Shown here: positions 23,726 to 38,831 of the stretch, in pieces | Layout of the letters: every line of letters begins with the position of its first letter | How positions within the stretch are numbered: the stretch's first letter is position 1 | NCBI RefSeq assembly: GCF_002105155.1 | Contig: NW_019029024.1 | Coordinates: 62,001-126,000 of the forward strand | Reading direction: 5' to 3' | Length of the DNA stretch: 64,000 bases | From: Lobosporangium transversale | Taxonomy: Eukaryota | Program-made: the position numbers and the translations under genes | Notes under the pieces: generated by a model | Told to the model about the DNA's origin: nothing | Seen by the model: the letters and a program-made list of their open reading frames with translations, nothing else | Databases searched by the model: none

Positions 23726-26054
23726 TTATGCTGTGAGCTGCACCCATTTGGCCTCCGTGACGGGAATACCATCCAGAACTACAACAAGCATGTAATGGCC
23801 AGGAGGCGCCAAGCCATTGCTTGAGGGCGCCTTCACACTTAATAAGCCTGCCCCTGCAACAGACGCGTTTTCGTTTGTCGTTGATACTTCCAAAGGCTCC
23901 ACTGCGGCACTATCACGCTTGACAATCTCCAGTCCCACATATCTCTGGCTCATGTGTGTGGAGTGGGTGATAAACCCAGGCTGGACAAACGCAACACGAA
24001 CATCTTTCGGGTATATATTGTACCACTCCAAGGACAGATCAAATATTTCTCCATAATGAACTTTGCTAGGCCAGCCTATGATATCACCCTGGACGACTGT
24101 TTCAGCTGGGCCCACACCGACAGTGTCTGTAATGCTCTTGGAGAAGAGATAAGGTGGGCTGAATCGCTCTACACGGTATTCTGTCGGGAAAGGACCGTCG
24201 CCATATTCGACTGGCTTTCCATTCGGGTTCGAGCCAGCCACCAAGAGCGATGCATCTGGAAGCATGAAAGCGACTGAATGATACATCCTGGGGATCACGC
24301 TAGGACTCCAAACTCGGAACCTGTTGCCACGCTTCTCATTTGGTATGTATTGAACTGGGTGCAATACAGGATCAAAAGCACGATCAAAACCTGCTGTACC
24401 CGTGTTAGCCCCGTTTATAATTGCGATCGTCCCATCAGCTAAATGGGCCATATCTGGCATCATCCTTCCAAAAGGCATATCCTCCATTTCCCATGTTGGA
24501 TTGTCGGCCAACGGTGAAATTCTACCACAGGATGCTACACCTTTTGCCTTTGTTGAGAAATCTGTGGCGCCTCCACAGACCAGGACTTCGGGCTGGAAGT
24601 TGTTTTCAGGTGTGAGGGGGAGTAGAACTGACCCAGCAGTCAATGGGTAATTACGAGGGGGCCCTGGAATATCAGGCAGACGCTTAATGATCTTCCAGGT
24701 AGATGTGGAGAAGATAATAGCCTTGGTAGAGGCCAATATGAATAGATTCTTGTCTGGAAGCAAGTGTACGATCGGATACAAGTTGTTGGGAAGTGTTTCG
24801 ATCAAGAATGGGAAATCGATGGTCTTTTGAGGACCTGGAAGGGGTGGAAAGAGCTCAAAGTTGGGTACATTGATATGATCATTGTTGATGGATGCTGCAT
24901 GGTTGGATCCGCCAAGGATAAACAGCTCCCCGGTTGCCAATGTCTCTTTATGATCATTATAAGTATTATAAGAAAAAATAAAAGTTAGGTAGTTCTTCAA
25001 TCTTGAAAACAAACCAAAAAAGTGGATAGGCAATAAATCTTACCGACAGTTGGGTACCATCTCTTCTCTTTAAGATGGACATCGAGATCTTGTTGCCAGT
25101 CGCATTGTGTTCCATTACAGGGCTTATATAGCCGAATGCCATCATAACCTTGACGCATCGTTTCCGATGGTTGTCCTCCTGCGACCGATACAACAGTCTA
25201 TAATAACAGTGCCAGGAGAAAAAAAAGGAATGAAAGTCGTTGGCTATGGCATATAGTATAACATACATAAAAAGAGGTAAAAAAAGAAAAAAGAAAAAAC
25301 TTACTCCATCTGGGAGATACCCTCCAGCACTACAGAACATGTTACTCTTCACATTCAACGAACGCCATTTACCATCCGTTGTCGAAAATTCTGTCGACCA
25401 GGCAAATTCACTACCACTATTCCCATTCTCGCTAGAGCCTTGCATCTTGGCGACTGTTGACGCTTGTACTCTTTCAAGAAACAAGACGCTGTCTGAGAAG
25501 GGACGCATTATAGCATGCATAGCTGATACACCTGAATGACCAATCAGATCCCATTGCCCACCCAGACTCGCTCCTACGAACTTGTCTCCGAATGCGTTAT
25601 CTCTATCGGCAAATCTTCCATCATTTCCTCCACTTCCAAAGTCATTCACGGCTGCATCACTCCCCGAGGGGAAATGAGGGAGTAATATGGCAGCGAGAAG
25701 AGCTGTTGTTAAGATGACAGTAAGTGAACATCTCTTCAATGAGAAATACTGTGGTGCTTTAAAAGAAGATGTTGACCTAGATACTGATGATGGTGATAAG
25801 AGTGGTGACTTGAAAGCGTTGAAAAGTCCAATGGGCGAGGAAGAAGACGAGAGAGAGGAAGGAGACGAGGACGAAGACGGTGAGCAAGACGGTTGAATAT
25901 TATGACTGCTAGAAGATGAAGATCGTGAATGTACACTGGAACTCGTGGAGATGCTCAACTGTGTACGACGATGAACCCGGGTGTTGGATGATGACGAGGC
26001 ATGGATAGGGGTGTAGACCCCTTCACTCTCCTCGAAGGATCCTGTTGGTTTCAT
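23726..26054 (-). CDS. Copper radical oxidase, glyoxal oxidase family (AA5_1), with C-terminal DUF1929; 3 exons
   Basis: GVSAMH, SNMFCSAG (Cys), RWYPT (Tyr), NNLYP, RMYHSVA (Tyr-His), FITHSTHMSQR (His) and APPGHYML. A Ser-rich N-terminus precedes a hydrophobic anchor. Confidence 0.92.
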
Positions 26055-26479
26055 CTGTTTGCCTGATAGAGGCTAGAAAGTTAGTGCAGTTTCTGCTGTG
26101 TTAAAGCTTCCTATAGTAGCTCTGGATATGAGGAAGGTGGAAACAAAGAAAAGCAAAAAAAAAAAAATATGAAATTGAACAAGGAGAGCGCAGCTATTTT
26201 CCCCATTAGAGTGCGGTGAAATGTACTTTCTGTAGAATACCCAGTGCATATTAGAATGATGGATCAAAGATAGTGAACAATGTGTTGTCATTCTTGTGCG
26301 CACCGAGAGACGTTACAGACCAGTTCTGGGTCGCAGATCAACAACACCTCCTTCTATTCGAAAGCGACTACATTCAGTTCAAAAGGATGGTACTTGTCAT
26401 TGAGTGATATGATACATTTTAACTATCATTTTCTTGTACAGATAAACTAGAAATAAAGAAGCAAGAGTATATAAACTAT

Positions 26480-28008
26480 TTAAAAGTGCTCAGTATCGAG
26501 CTTGTCCTTGGTCCGTTGCATGTCAAGGTCATCATCGCCTTCAGAGTGATCCTTAATACGCAACGCCAAGTAGAGAGCTCCTGGGATGGAGAGACCAAGA
26601 AGGGCAAAGCAGATGATAAGCTCAGTAAGGTATGGTGTTCTGATGGCGTTGATGCTAAAAAAAAAAAAAAAAAAAAAAAAGTGTTAGATGGGAGCATCAT
26701 GGATATTCTCCTTTGAATTGAATATCCAAAGTATGTTTGCAGTAGCATTGAAATACATACCGCCACGAGATAGCAGCACCGCTGGATTGGATACACTTGT
26801 AGAACCCAGCGTATCTTGACAAGACAGTAGCATCATTTGACATGGCACCCATTAACCAGTAAATGTATGTCTGCCAAGCAGCGTCATTAAGACCATAAAA
26901 CATATACAAGAACAGTGGGCCAACATAGGACGCCCCTTCGGTGAAATCATGGTTTGGCTTGGGATCGTCTATTGAGTAAGTACGCTGGAAGAAGATGCCA
27001 CCAACCCAAGTGGCAATGAAGCCACAACAAATGATAAAAAGCCCCCACAAGGCCCGGGTGCGGCGATTGACGCCTTGGAAATCGAGGACGCGTGCAAATG
27101 AGTAAGATCCACCGATTTGAGAGAACCAATAAAAAATGTTGTTAAGGGATTGAGTGCGAAGTGAAAAGTAGCGGCCGTTGACTGTTGAGAATTGGTATGG
27201 ATAGAACCAGTTGGATGACAGGAACATTGGGATGAGGACTACCATACGCCAATTGAGGAACAGCTTCATGACTTCAATGACTTCACCAGTCCAAGTAGGG
27301 AACTTTTGGATCTGAATCTTGTCACCGTTGGCGTGGGTGACAGACGAGGGTGGAGCCAGTGACAATGCAGTAAGGGTACCAACCTATATTACAAGTGTAT
27401 ATTTTAAATCAATAGTTAGGGAAGCGGAATTAACAAAAATAGATGTAGTTGAATTTTTAAAAAAAACTACTTACTCCCATAATTGCCAGGAAAGTTGCAT
27501 AAACCGCATCACCAAGAGATTTAGTCTCTGTGTGGTAATTCATGGCAAAGGCAATGACGGATCCAAGGACTGCACCCATGTTGAAAATGGCCCAAAAGTA
27601 ACCTATGTACTTGCCCTTCTCCTGTTCACGTGGATAAGCCATCATCATGGCGCCCTGAGCAGTCCAAAGCATGCCTGCACCAATGCCGAGGATGCCTCCA
27701 GAAGTGATAGTGAATGCGCCGGCCCGGGTGTGATTGTAGCTAAGCAGGGAGCCAACATAGAGCATATAGCAAGCACATCCGATGAATATGGTCCACTTGG
27801 GTCCCAGTTTGTTGTGGATTGCGCCGGAAAGGAGACCGAAGATGGCAAAGCATGTATACAGGGCAACATTAGCGTTCTGACCGACATTGGATAGGAGCTG
27901 ACCACCGCCACCCATTGAGTTGAGTGCGTTAAACATTCCTGGACAACAGAAGCAGATAACTCCTACGGCCAGGACCTGAGTCAAGGGGGAGGTCCAACGA
28001 AATCGCAT
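26480..28008 (-). CDS. UNC-93-like MFS transporter (DUF895 family); 3 exons
   Basis: SPLTQV...CFCCPGMFNAL..MGGGG, LWTAQGAMMMAYP.E.EKGKYIGYFWAIFNMG, LIPMFLSSNWFYPYQF and RYAGFYKCIQSSGAAISW. Confidence 0.9.
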
Positions 28009-29973
28009 GGCTAATATTAATATGGATTTAATTAATGCGTGAAGGGAATGAAGTGGAAGGGGGTGGAAGGGGGTGGAGAGAAGGATGTGGGAGAGTGAAG
28101 GGGCGTGAGACAATCTGCCTAAATAGGGGACAGTAACGAGGGGAGATGTGAGATTAGAAAATGAATAAAGATCTGATCTACTACAGGTAAAGAAAGTCCG
28201 AATAAAAAAAATTAATAAATAAAAAGTCCTCGAATGAGAGTAGGAGTAAGTGTGAGGGAAAGAGGGGAGGATAGAGGAGATGGGATAGTAGGAAAGAGAA
28301 AGTAAACAAAAGGAAAGAGAGAGTAAACAAAAAGGAAGAAATTTTTTCTTTGCGGTTATATAAATATATACACCTTTATATTCTACAAGTCCGCTCATTT
28401 TCATGACTCTTGCCTTGCATTTGCATTAGTTCAGTTCCATAAAATAAAACATCCAGTTGCTCAGGTACGGGCCCTGCAGTGGAGTTTTTCTTCTTCTTTT
28501 AGTGTCTATACGATGTTGCCGTCATCACTAACACCCCAGACATATTGTACTATTACCCCACAAGGTTTACTCGGCTGATCCACGATGCTTTGAATACGCA
28601 ATCTAGAAAACTGTACAGCTGTGAAATACTCAACAGACAATGATCACACACCAATATCATTACCCGCCACTATCCTCCTTAAGCCCTGCCATTCTTTAAA
28701 AATGATCAACGGATGAAATGAGTTCACAGTCGATGGATATTATATACCAATCAGCTAAAGTTCATCCTATCCATGAACAAGTTGATCAACGAATGGGGGC
28801 ATAGTAGAATAGTAGAATGATCGACCTCCGATAAAGTAAAAAAAAAAGACAAAAAAACAAAAGCAAGACCCTTCTGAATTGCCATGCATGCACCTTGACA
28901 ATAGCCGTTTTGAGAAACAGTATTTTTATGTTCCCACAGTTTGAAATACAGGTTTAGATGTAAACGTGTGTTTTTCTTCAAGTTTGGATTTTGTACATGT
29001 GCATGGGAAATTAAAAAAAGCGATATATAAAAAAAAAAGAAGGTTTTGATTAGATGGTTTTGTGTGATGCATCTCTCGTCATGTGTAACGCAAGATATCG
29101 TATCTCTCTCTATCACTGGAGTTTTATAAATAAAACAGCAAATAATGGCATTCGGTGATCCAGACATGCATCATTTTGTCATGCTCATGTTGGTGTTATT
29201 AGCAAATAAATATTATATTTATATATATATATATACATACATATTATACATGTATTTTGTGGGGCCAATAAAGTTTTCCTCCATTGTACTTTATCACAAG
29301 AGCCATGGAAAGACCTTCTTCCAGCCTAGTCTAATCTACTGGCGAAACATCGCCAACAAGGATCAGACTGCACGAGAAAAGAAAAGGAAGTAGGGAAGGA
29401 AAGGGCATCCATTGATTTACTTGATCGAGTCTTAAACTTTGATCGAGCTGAGTTCGGGTATCTGGCGGACTGGAGCAACCTTTTCTTTCTTTCTTTCTTC
29501 TTTCTTTTCTTTCTTTAAACCTCAACAATTGGAAAGAAACAGAGCCATTACGCTTTATTCATTAAAGATTATTCCGAAGGTAGCCGAACATGACCTACTT
29601 GCTTTTCATTGGATAGATCCAAAGACATTGGCTTTATACATCCTCCGCTCTCTCTTGTGTACACGAGGATGTTCATGTTCATTAGCACTCAATCCTTCAA
29701 TGCTTCTTCCCCCACAGGATCTACTTGCTATCGTTGAAGCCATCGAGCCGAGATCCTTAGTTGATAATTGCTAACCAAAATTTTTATTCCTTCCTTTGTG
29801 TGTCCCTCCCATAAAACGATTCAGAGCATTTTCACGTGACCAGGCCAGATCGTGGCTTGGGCTGTTGACAATTTTTTTATCAAGAAGAGTGCATTGCCTT
29901 CACCAACTCGGATGCCCAGGAATCGGTTATTTTGATATTTCAAACGTTGCATCTTGCCAACAACAATTTAAGC

Positions 29974-31280
29974 ATGTTCGGCACTTTGAAGACTGCATTC
30001 CGCACACAAAAGCCTGTCTCGATGGTGATGAGGTACAACACATTTCTATAAAAAGAAACTGGATTAGAAGCTTGATCAATGGGGACATCGGCGGCACTTG
30101 TGAACAATAAGTAGATGGAGTTTGTCATTGCCGTCGGATATCAATTACTGAAGCTTTTACTGCATGACGCTAATTTAGTCTCCTGGCTACTGATTACGGG
30201 TTTATTATGAATATTTTAGTTTGGCACAGGCGATGCCCCGAGGTTTCCATGCATTGGCGATCCGTATGGCTGACCAAAAATCAACTATGCAACCAGTGAA
30301 GCCAGAATTGGGTGCCTCGTCCCTCTTTGGCGATATTGCATCACATGTGAATGAGGTTCCAGTGGAGCAAGGAGGAAAGGCTACTGTGAAGGAGGTAATA
30401 ATTATTTCATTAATGGAGTATATACAGGAATGACAATCTAAAAAGGAAATCAAGGAAAGAAACCTAGAAACGCATAGCTTGCGGCGGTTTGACTGATCAT
30501 TCTAGATCCTATGTCATCTTGCCATGCTTCTACCTTGTTTATAATGGAAGAGCATTACTGGGATACAGCCCTCAGCGAATAGACACTCTTTAGAAATTTG
30601 AGTTGTATTGTATTGTCACTCAGTACAAAATATCGCATGGCTATGGTTCTTATTATTTTTCTTTTCTTTTATTCTTTTTATTTTTATTTCTATTTACTTT
30701 ATAATCAAGTATCACTTTTCAACAGCAAATTTCAAAACAAGCACCAAAAAGCTTCGGCTTTTGGCTAATCAGATCAAGGGACTCGACATTCAAAATGCCA
30801 TTAACCAGATGGAGTTCTCGCAAAAGCGCCCTGGAAAGCGTATTATGAACACATTGGCCTTTGCTAGGAAGAATGCAACGACTCAGGAGAAGTATCAAAT
30901 GGACGCTAGCAAGCTATATGTTGGTAAGTTAATGAGATGATTGTTTTAAAAGATACAATCATTTTTTTGTATTGATAAACACATACAACTGGTATTAAAT
31001 TTTTATCTTTTATAACCACTATTAAACTATAGATCGCGCATGGGTTGGAAAAGGGACCTACCAGCGTAGAATCAAGACACATGCACGCGGTAAATTCGGT
31101 GTGATGCATCACCCAACTGCTCACTTGAAATTCACGCTCAAGGAGCGCGTTCCTGAGGCGAAAGAAGAAGGTCGTGCTACGAGGAGAAATATCAGGGGAT
31201 GGAAGCAGACGAAGAAAGTCTGGATGCCATTGGTTGAAGACAAACCTATCTATAACCCACCTCGTCTCTACAATTGGTAG
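29974..31280 (+). CDS. MRPL22: Mitochondrial ribosomal protein uL22m; 4 exons
   Basis: Presequence-like MFGTLKTAFRTQK. FKTSTKKLRLLANQIKGLDIQNAINQMEFSQKR, LYV-DRAWVGKG and HARGKFGVMHHPTAHL. Confidence 0.88.
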
Positions 31281-31528
31281 AAAGGAGCAGATGCATCTTA
31301 TTACTCGCCTTACTTGTATTCACTACCACGTTCTATAGATTTTTTTTTCTCCTGTACTAAATAAATGAAACAAAACAAGAAAAAGAAGCGAATAGAACAA
31401 AAAAAATTAGGGCCGACTACCCTTAAGTAACTCTACAAGCAGATCAACAGCAATTAACTTTCGTGTCCATGCGGCCAACATCTTTTACTCACAATACGCA
31501 TCTCATCCCTCATCTGTATAATCACACA

Positions 31529-32000
31529 ATGTCGCGCGCACAGCAAATGATGGTAATGCCATGTCTTGTTAAGACATAAATGTTTAGTCTTCAATGGATT
31601 CTTTTTTATCCCCAACGAATCAAATACAAAATATCCCCAGCGGTCCTCATGTATTTCTACCATGCAAGAAAAGCACATACTATGTCAGTGACGTTTTAGT
31701 GTGATGATGGTTGCCGCCACTCTGATTAACTTGGCTGGTCATTCAGGAACAAAAGATTCTAGCCATACATCAACACTACAGTAGATGACTAGGCAGTAGA
31801 AATGGATGAAGAGCGCGCTTTTTCAAAACATTTTTTTCGGTTCACAGTACTAGCGGTTCTCAAGTCATGAACTGATCCTGCGATTAACTTCGTAACTTAC
31901 AGATGAGCACTTAACTGAGATATACCATCACCACAATGCATATGATCCTCGTGGAGATCTTGTATTTAATATTAATGATAGTAATACAATAATACTAACC

Positions 32001-32032
<32 letters not shown>

Positions 32033-34054
32033 TTCAGGATATCGGATTTCCTCTAACAGTTCAAAATGTATCTGTGCGTCTAATTCAATGATCTAACGCG
32101 CTGCTTCCTGTATGATACTCAAATATGGCTCCCTGTAAACCATAGCAACCCCAAATCATCCTTCTCAAGGATGGAACAGACAGCTCTCAGGGAAAGGGTC
32201 AACTTCTCTCCAATATCAACGCCTGCTTGGCCGTTGTCGACACTGTTAGGACTACTCTTGGACCTCGTGGCATGGATAAATTAATCGTTGACGAGAAAGG
32301 TCAGCTATAGATATTATTATTTTTAAGAGGTATTGATGATTACATTCAATTCTTCTTCTCTTATGCTGATCTGTATGAGATTCAAATTTCCTTCAATGGT
32401 TATCCATTACAGGCTCTGTTACAATTTCAAACGATGGTGCCACAATTATGAAGCTTCTCGACATTGTTCATCCTGCTGCCAAGACCCTCGTCGATATTGC
32501 TCGCTCTCAGGATGCAGAGGTTGGAGACGGAACAACTTCGGTTGTTCTTTTGGCTGGTGAGCTTTTGAAGGAGGTTCGCTCTTATATTGAAGAAGGTGTA
32601 AACCCTCAGGTGATCATCAAAGGCTATAGAAAGGCAGCTCAATTGGCCATCAACAAGGTCAAAGAAATTGCTGTCCGTGTAGAGCGCAAGGATGAGACAG
32701 AGTTCCGCTCGTTGTTAGAGAAATGTGCCGCTACCGCTATGTCTTCCAAGCTGATCCATTCTCAGACAGAGTTCTTTACCAAGATGGTTGTCGACGCAGT
32801 ACTTCACTTGGATCAGGAGGAATTGGATGAAAACCTTATTGGAATGAAGAGAGTTACGGGTGGTGCCATGCAGGATTCACTTTTGATTGATGGTGTTGCC
32901 TTCAAAAAGACATTCTCGTATGCTGGATTTGAGCAACAACCCAAGAGCTTCAAGAATCCAAAGGTTTTATGTTTGAATGTCGAGCTGGAGCTTAAAGCTG
33001 AGAGGGACAATGCAGAAGTCCGTGTCGAAGCAGTCGATGTAAGCTTTGTTTCATTTGTGTCAAGGATGAAACGATTTTTCGTTTGATTTTAACTAGATCA
33101 CTCTGCTGCGTATTGTGTACATTTTAAGTAAGATTGAAATGGGATTACTTATTTTATTAACTTTTCTTTTTTTCCCTGGTCTACGACTGCCTATAGGAAT
33201 ACCAAAAAATCGTAGATGCGGAATGGAAGATCATTTATGACAAGTTGGAAGCGATCGTCAACACTGGCGCTAAGGTTGTTCTATCCAAGTTGCCCATTGG
33301 TGATCTCGCTACTCAGTACTTTGCTGATCGTGACATTTTCTGTGCCGGCCGTGTCCCCGCTGCTGATTTGAATCGTGTTGTCCAGGCCGTTGGAGGATCG
33401 ATCCAATCGACTTGCTCTGATATTGAAGCCAAGCATCTAGGAAGCTGTGAGACTTTTGAAGAGAGGCAAATTGGAGGTGAACGCTTCAACTTTTTCCAGG
33501 GCTGCCCTCAAGCCAAGACCTGCACATTGATCCTTCGAGGAGGAGCAGAGCAGTTTATTGCAGAAGTCGAACGTTCGTTGCACGATGCCATTATGATTGT
33601 ACGTCGAGCCATCAAGAACTCATTGGTGGTGGCTGGAGGAGGAGCTACTGAAATGGAGATCTCACGATACCTCCGCGATCACTCCAGGACCATTGCTGGG
33701 AAGCAGCAGTTGATTATTGGTGCATTTGCACGTGCATTGGAGATTATCCCCCGCCAACTCTGTGATAATGCAGGTTTTGACGCAACTGATATTTTGAACA
33801 AGCTTAGGATGAAGCATGCACAGGGTGAACAGTGGAGTGGAGTCGACATTGAGTCTGAATCGATTGCAGATAACATGAAGGCCTTTGTCTGGGAGCCTGC
33901 ACTTGTCAAGACAAATGCCATTGCCGCTGCAACTGAGGCTGCATGCTTGCTCCTCTCAGTGGATGAGACTGTTAAGAGCCCTCAAAGCCAGAACCCCGCC
34001 GCAAATGCCCGTGGAGCACCCAGGGGCCGTGGACGCGGAGTTCCTCGTCGATAA
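31529..34054 (+). CDS. CCT7: T-complex protein 1 subunit eta; 4 exons, with a 593-nt first intron (31553-32145)
   Basis: [63 protein letters not shown] and [13 protein letters not shown]. The first exon MSRAQQMM is inferred. Confidence 0.95.
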
Positions 34055-34264
34055 ATGGGCCTTTCAGCGAGGGAAGGCGAAGTCTTTTTTGACATGATAG
34101 TTCTTTATGAGTTTGGGAATTGTAGACACCAAAGCAAATAGTAAAAAAAATCCATTTTTTTTGACAAATCACGTGCTTTACAGACGAAAGTTGTTTCCGT
34201 TCAGTGATCCCGAAGCCCATTTTCATATCATCACAACTCTAATCAAGTTCACAGTAGAATAGCC

Positions 34265-35197
34265 ATGGGATCATCACAATCAAAGGGAGACAAGCAGCCC
34301 ATGGTTTTTGTCAGCGAGGAAAACCCTGTTCCTGTCAGGGTAAATGCATTCGCCAAAGTGGTTCATCAACATACACACACGCCATGCCATACATGCGCAA
34401 TAAAGATCATATTTTTAAGCATCAGGGGACAAATCGTGCAGAGATGAAAAGATCGAGATTCCACATTAATCAAAACCTCCATATTGCTATTTTCTGAAAC
34501 TGCTGTTACTTTCTGGACATAGGTATCCTCAGCGTTTGTCAATCAGCTTCAACAGTCTCAGGTACAGAATACTGGGCACTATGCATCATAGTCTTATGCT
34601 ACTTTGCAATATTATATATGTGTATGTACATTTATTCAGTTCCTATCTTTCGGCATGCTAAGGCTCACGCGTCCTTTTTTTTTAAAAAAAAATAAAAAAA
34701 ATTAATACTCTTTTTCAGCCCAATGCTGGATCACTTCAGGATATCGAGAACCAGGTTCGTCATCGCGTCCAAGCAGAACTTGCCAAGATTCATGCCGAGA
34801 AAGATTCATCTATGGACACATCCCATGTTAATTACAAATCGACTACCAACGCCAATGCTGTCGTGACCGAGCAAGAGTTGGATCAATTGGCGAAGAGCGC
34901 TCCTACTAAACAAATTAAGGCCCTACCTGAGGAAATCACGAAAGCTCAGGAGTCCCTTGTCCAATGCTACAAGAAAAATCAGGAGAGGTCGTTGGATTGC
35001 TGGGCTGAGGTTCAGGAATTCAAAGACCTGGTTCAAAAGGCTCAAAATGTAAGAACCTATCATTTACTTTTTATTTTATTTTTTATTTTAATTCAGAGCT
35101 CAATCAATAGTAACTAAGAAACTCTACTAATATACGACATTGTTACATTTCTGCATATGGATTTGATTGTGTTCAGGCCTTTATCGCAGCTGTTTAA
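34265..35197 (+). CDS. MIC19: MICOS subunit Mic19 (DUF1690/CHCHD3-like); 4 exons
   Basis: Myristoylation-type start MGSSQSK, coiled-coil middle and C-terminal CX10C motif VQCYKKNQERSLDCWAEVQEFK. Confidence 0.8.
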
Positions 35198-35446
35198 GTA
35201 ATTACGCTCAAAAAAAGGAGACATTTTAGAGACATTTTAACATGAAGAATAAATGATTCAGTACCGCATAGAACTTCGATATTTAATAACAAGCATGCTT
35301 TGGGCTGTCGAATTCTGTATATATATAATCACCGTGACATTTATAACTTGGTTGGTTTGTTGATTTATTGGCTAAAACATTTCATCAGTCTCTATCAGTC
35401 TTGACTCTTTATCGCTCTATGGTTTCTCTGACACATAGAGAGTATT

Positions 35447-37009
<1,563 letters not shown>

Positions 37010-37358
37010 ATTTTCTATATCAGAACTGCGCTTTTAAAGGTGAGCTGTAAGTTGTGATGGTGGAGACTGATAGTATGGTTGCTGTAGTAGGATTTTTTAT
37101 TTTCCTCAGTTGGTCGATGAATGAAGAACCAAAAAAGATTACCAAACTTGCATGCTTTCAAGACGACGCGCAACTCGTTGGGCGCGTGTGCACGTGGCAA
37201 TGATGACGTAGACTGGGACAGGAAGGATCACGTGAATGGAAGTGTCTTTTTTATTTCACCACGTTGGCGCAGAGCTCACAACTGTTGCCACTTATTCATT
37301 TATATGCTTTCATTCGTTTGCTTCCATTAACTCCTAGCTTTTATTCTCCTTAGCAGCC

Positions 37359-37521
37359 ATGTTCAACCCTACACGTGCCAAGGTGCAACTGAAGCTCTCG
37401 GTCAACCGGTTGCAAATGTTACAGAATAAGAGGAACATGCTCGCTCAGCAACAACGCAAGGAAATAGCCCGTCTGTTGGAGATTGGCAAAGAAGAAAGTG
37501 CACGTATTAGGGTACTTAACG

Positions 37522-37553
<32 letters not shown>

Positions 37554-38714
37554 CTTGCTCCTATAATGTGATATTCGGTACTATTTATATATCAAATCAA
37601 ATCCATATTTATGAAGTTGATAACATTTTGGTTCCTGCCTAGGTTGAGCATATCATTCGCGAGGATTTTAATACAGAGGCATTGGAGATCATTGAACTAT
37701 ATTGCGAACTATTATTAGCTCGTTTTGGATTGCTGGAGCAAATGAAGTAATGTCTCATTGATGTCTAGCCCCACGTTTTACGAGTATCACAATAAAACAG
37801 CACTAATTTCGAACCATTCACTAGAACCTGTGATCCAGCCATCTTGGAAGCTGTCAACACCATTATCTATGCAGCTCCTCGTTCAGAAGTCAAAGAACTA
37901 TTACAAGTACGAGATCAATTAACAGCAAAATTCGGTCGCGATTTTGTCGCAAATGCTATGGAGAACAAAGACGAATCTGTGAATCCCAGAGTACGTGATC
38001 TTTATTTTTATTTTTTTTCGAGCCTCAAGCTTAATGAGAGACCCAGCTGCTAACAACTGTGGAAAACAAATATCTGGCTTTATCGCTTTAGATCATTCAA
38101 AAACTAAAGGTCCAAACGCCCGATCCCTATCTCGTCAATCGGTATTTGGAAGAAATTGCAAGGGCTTTCAAGATCAACTGGACAGCAGATCCACAAATGG
38201 ACCACCAACTCATAGGAGTAATTTTTTTTTTCTACAATGCTATTATACAAGGGATATGCGTCAACCGTTTAAAATGACCAACTTTTTTTTTTTTTTTTTT
38301 TTTTTTTTTGGAATCTAAAAGACCATCGACGGAGGATTTATTGATCCGATCAACCATTCTATTGAACAACCTATGCGTCCTCGTCTTCCAGAACCCACTA
38401 AGGTTTGTATTTTATATGTATTGGGATTCACGCTTGAATTGTAACCTGAGCTTTGTTCTCACGCGTGCTTTCATCTCTAGACTCAATCGACAACTATGGA
38501 CGTGGATCGATTGGATTTGTTAGGAGACTTATCAAGCCACCAGGAGACGTCTCAGAAGGCGGCACTCAAGCCAGCAGCACCTTCAATACCACCTAACAAA
38601 TCCAACAGTAATACTTCCAATAGGGCTACAGCATCGCCGGCAAAAGTTGACGACGGACTTCCAGATTTGGAAGCATTAACTAGACGATTCGAGGCGCTAA
38701 AAGAAAGACGATAA
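37359..38714 (+). CDS. IST1: ESCRT-III-like regulator of Vps4, Ist1; 6 exons
   Basis: KEESARIR-VEHIIRED...EIIELYCELLLARFGLL, EAVNTIIYAAPRSEVKEL and C-terminal MIM LPDLEALTRRFEALK. Confidence 0.93.
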
Positions 38715-38831
38715 CTATTTACACATACAAATAAAACAACATGTGTATACTATAGTTAATACCTAATACGCATTTTCTTTCCAGTTGTTTTAATCTCCAA
38801 TCAGATTGATGTTTAAAAGTGTAATATTGTG

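Noticed and set aside
29145..29774. Possible decayed gene fragments between the MFS gene and MRPL22
   Set aside because: Coding-like patches and an acceptor-like site exist, but no consistent model or recognisable motif was found.
31850..31960. TPP-riboswitch-like words (CTGAGATATACC, TGAACTGATC) in the CCT7 intron
   Set aside because: The elements are in the wrong order, the P5/TAAT and AGCG-AGG parts are missing, and the host gene is unrelated to thiamine.
32040..32145. snR30/U17 m2-like AAACCAT
   Set aside because: No m1 motif or downstream ACA box; it simply abuts the splice acceptor.
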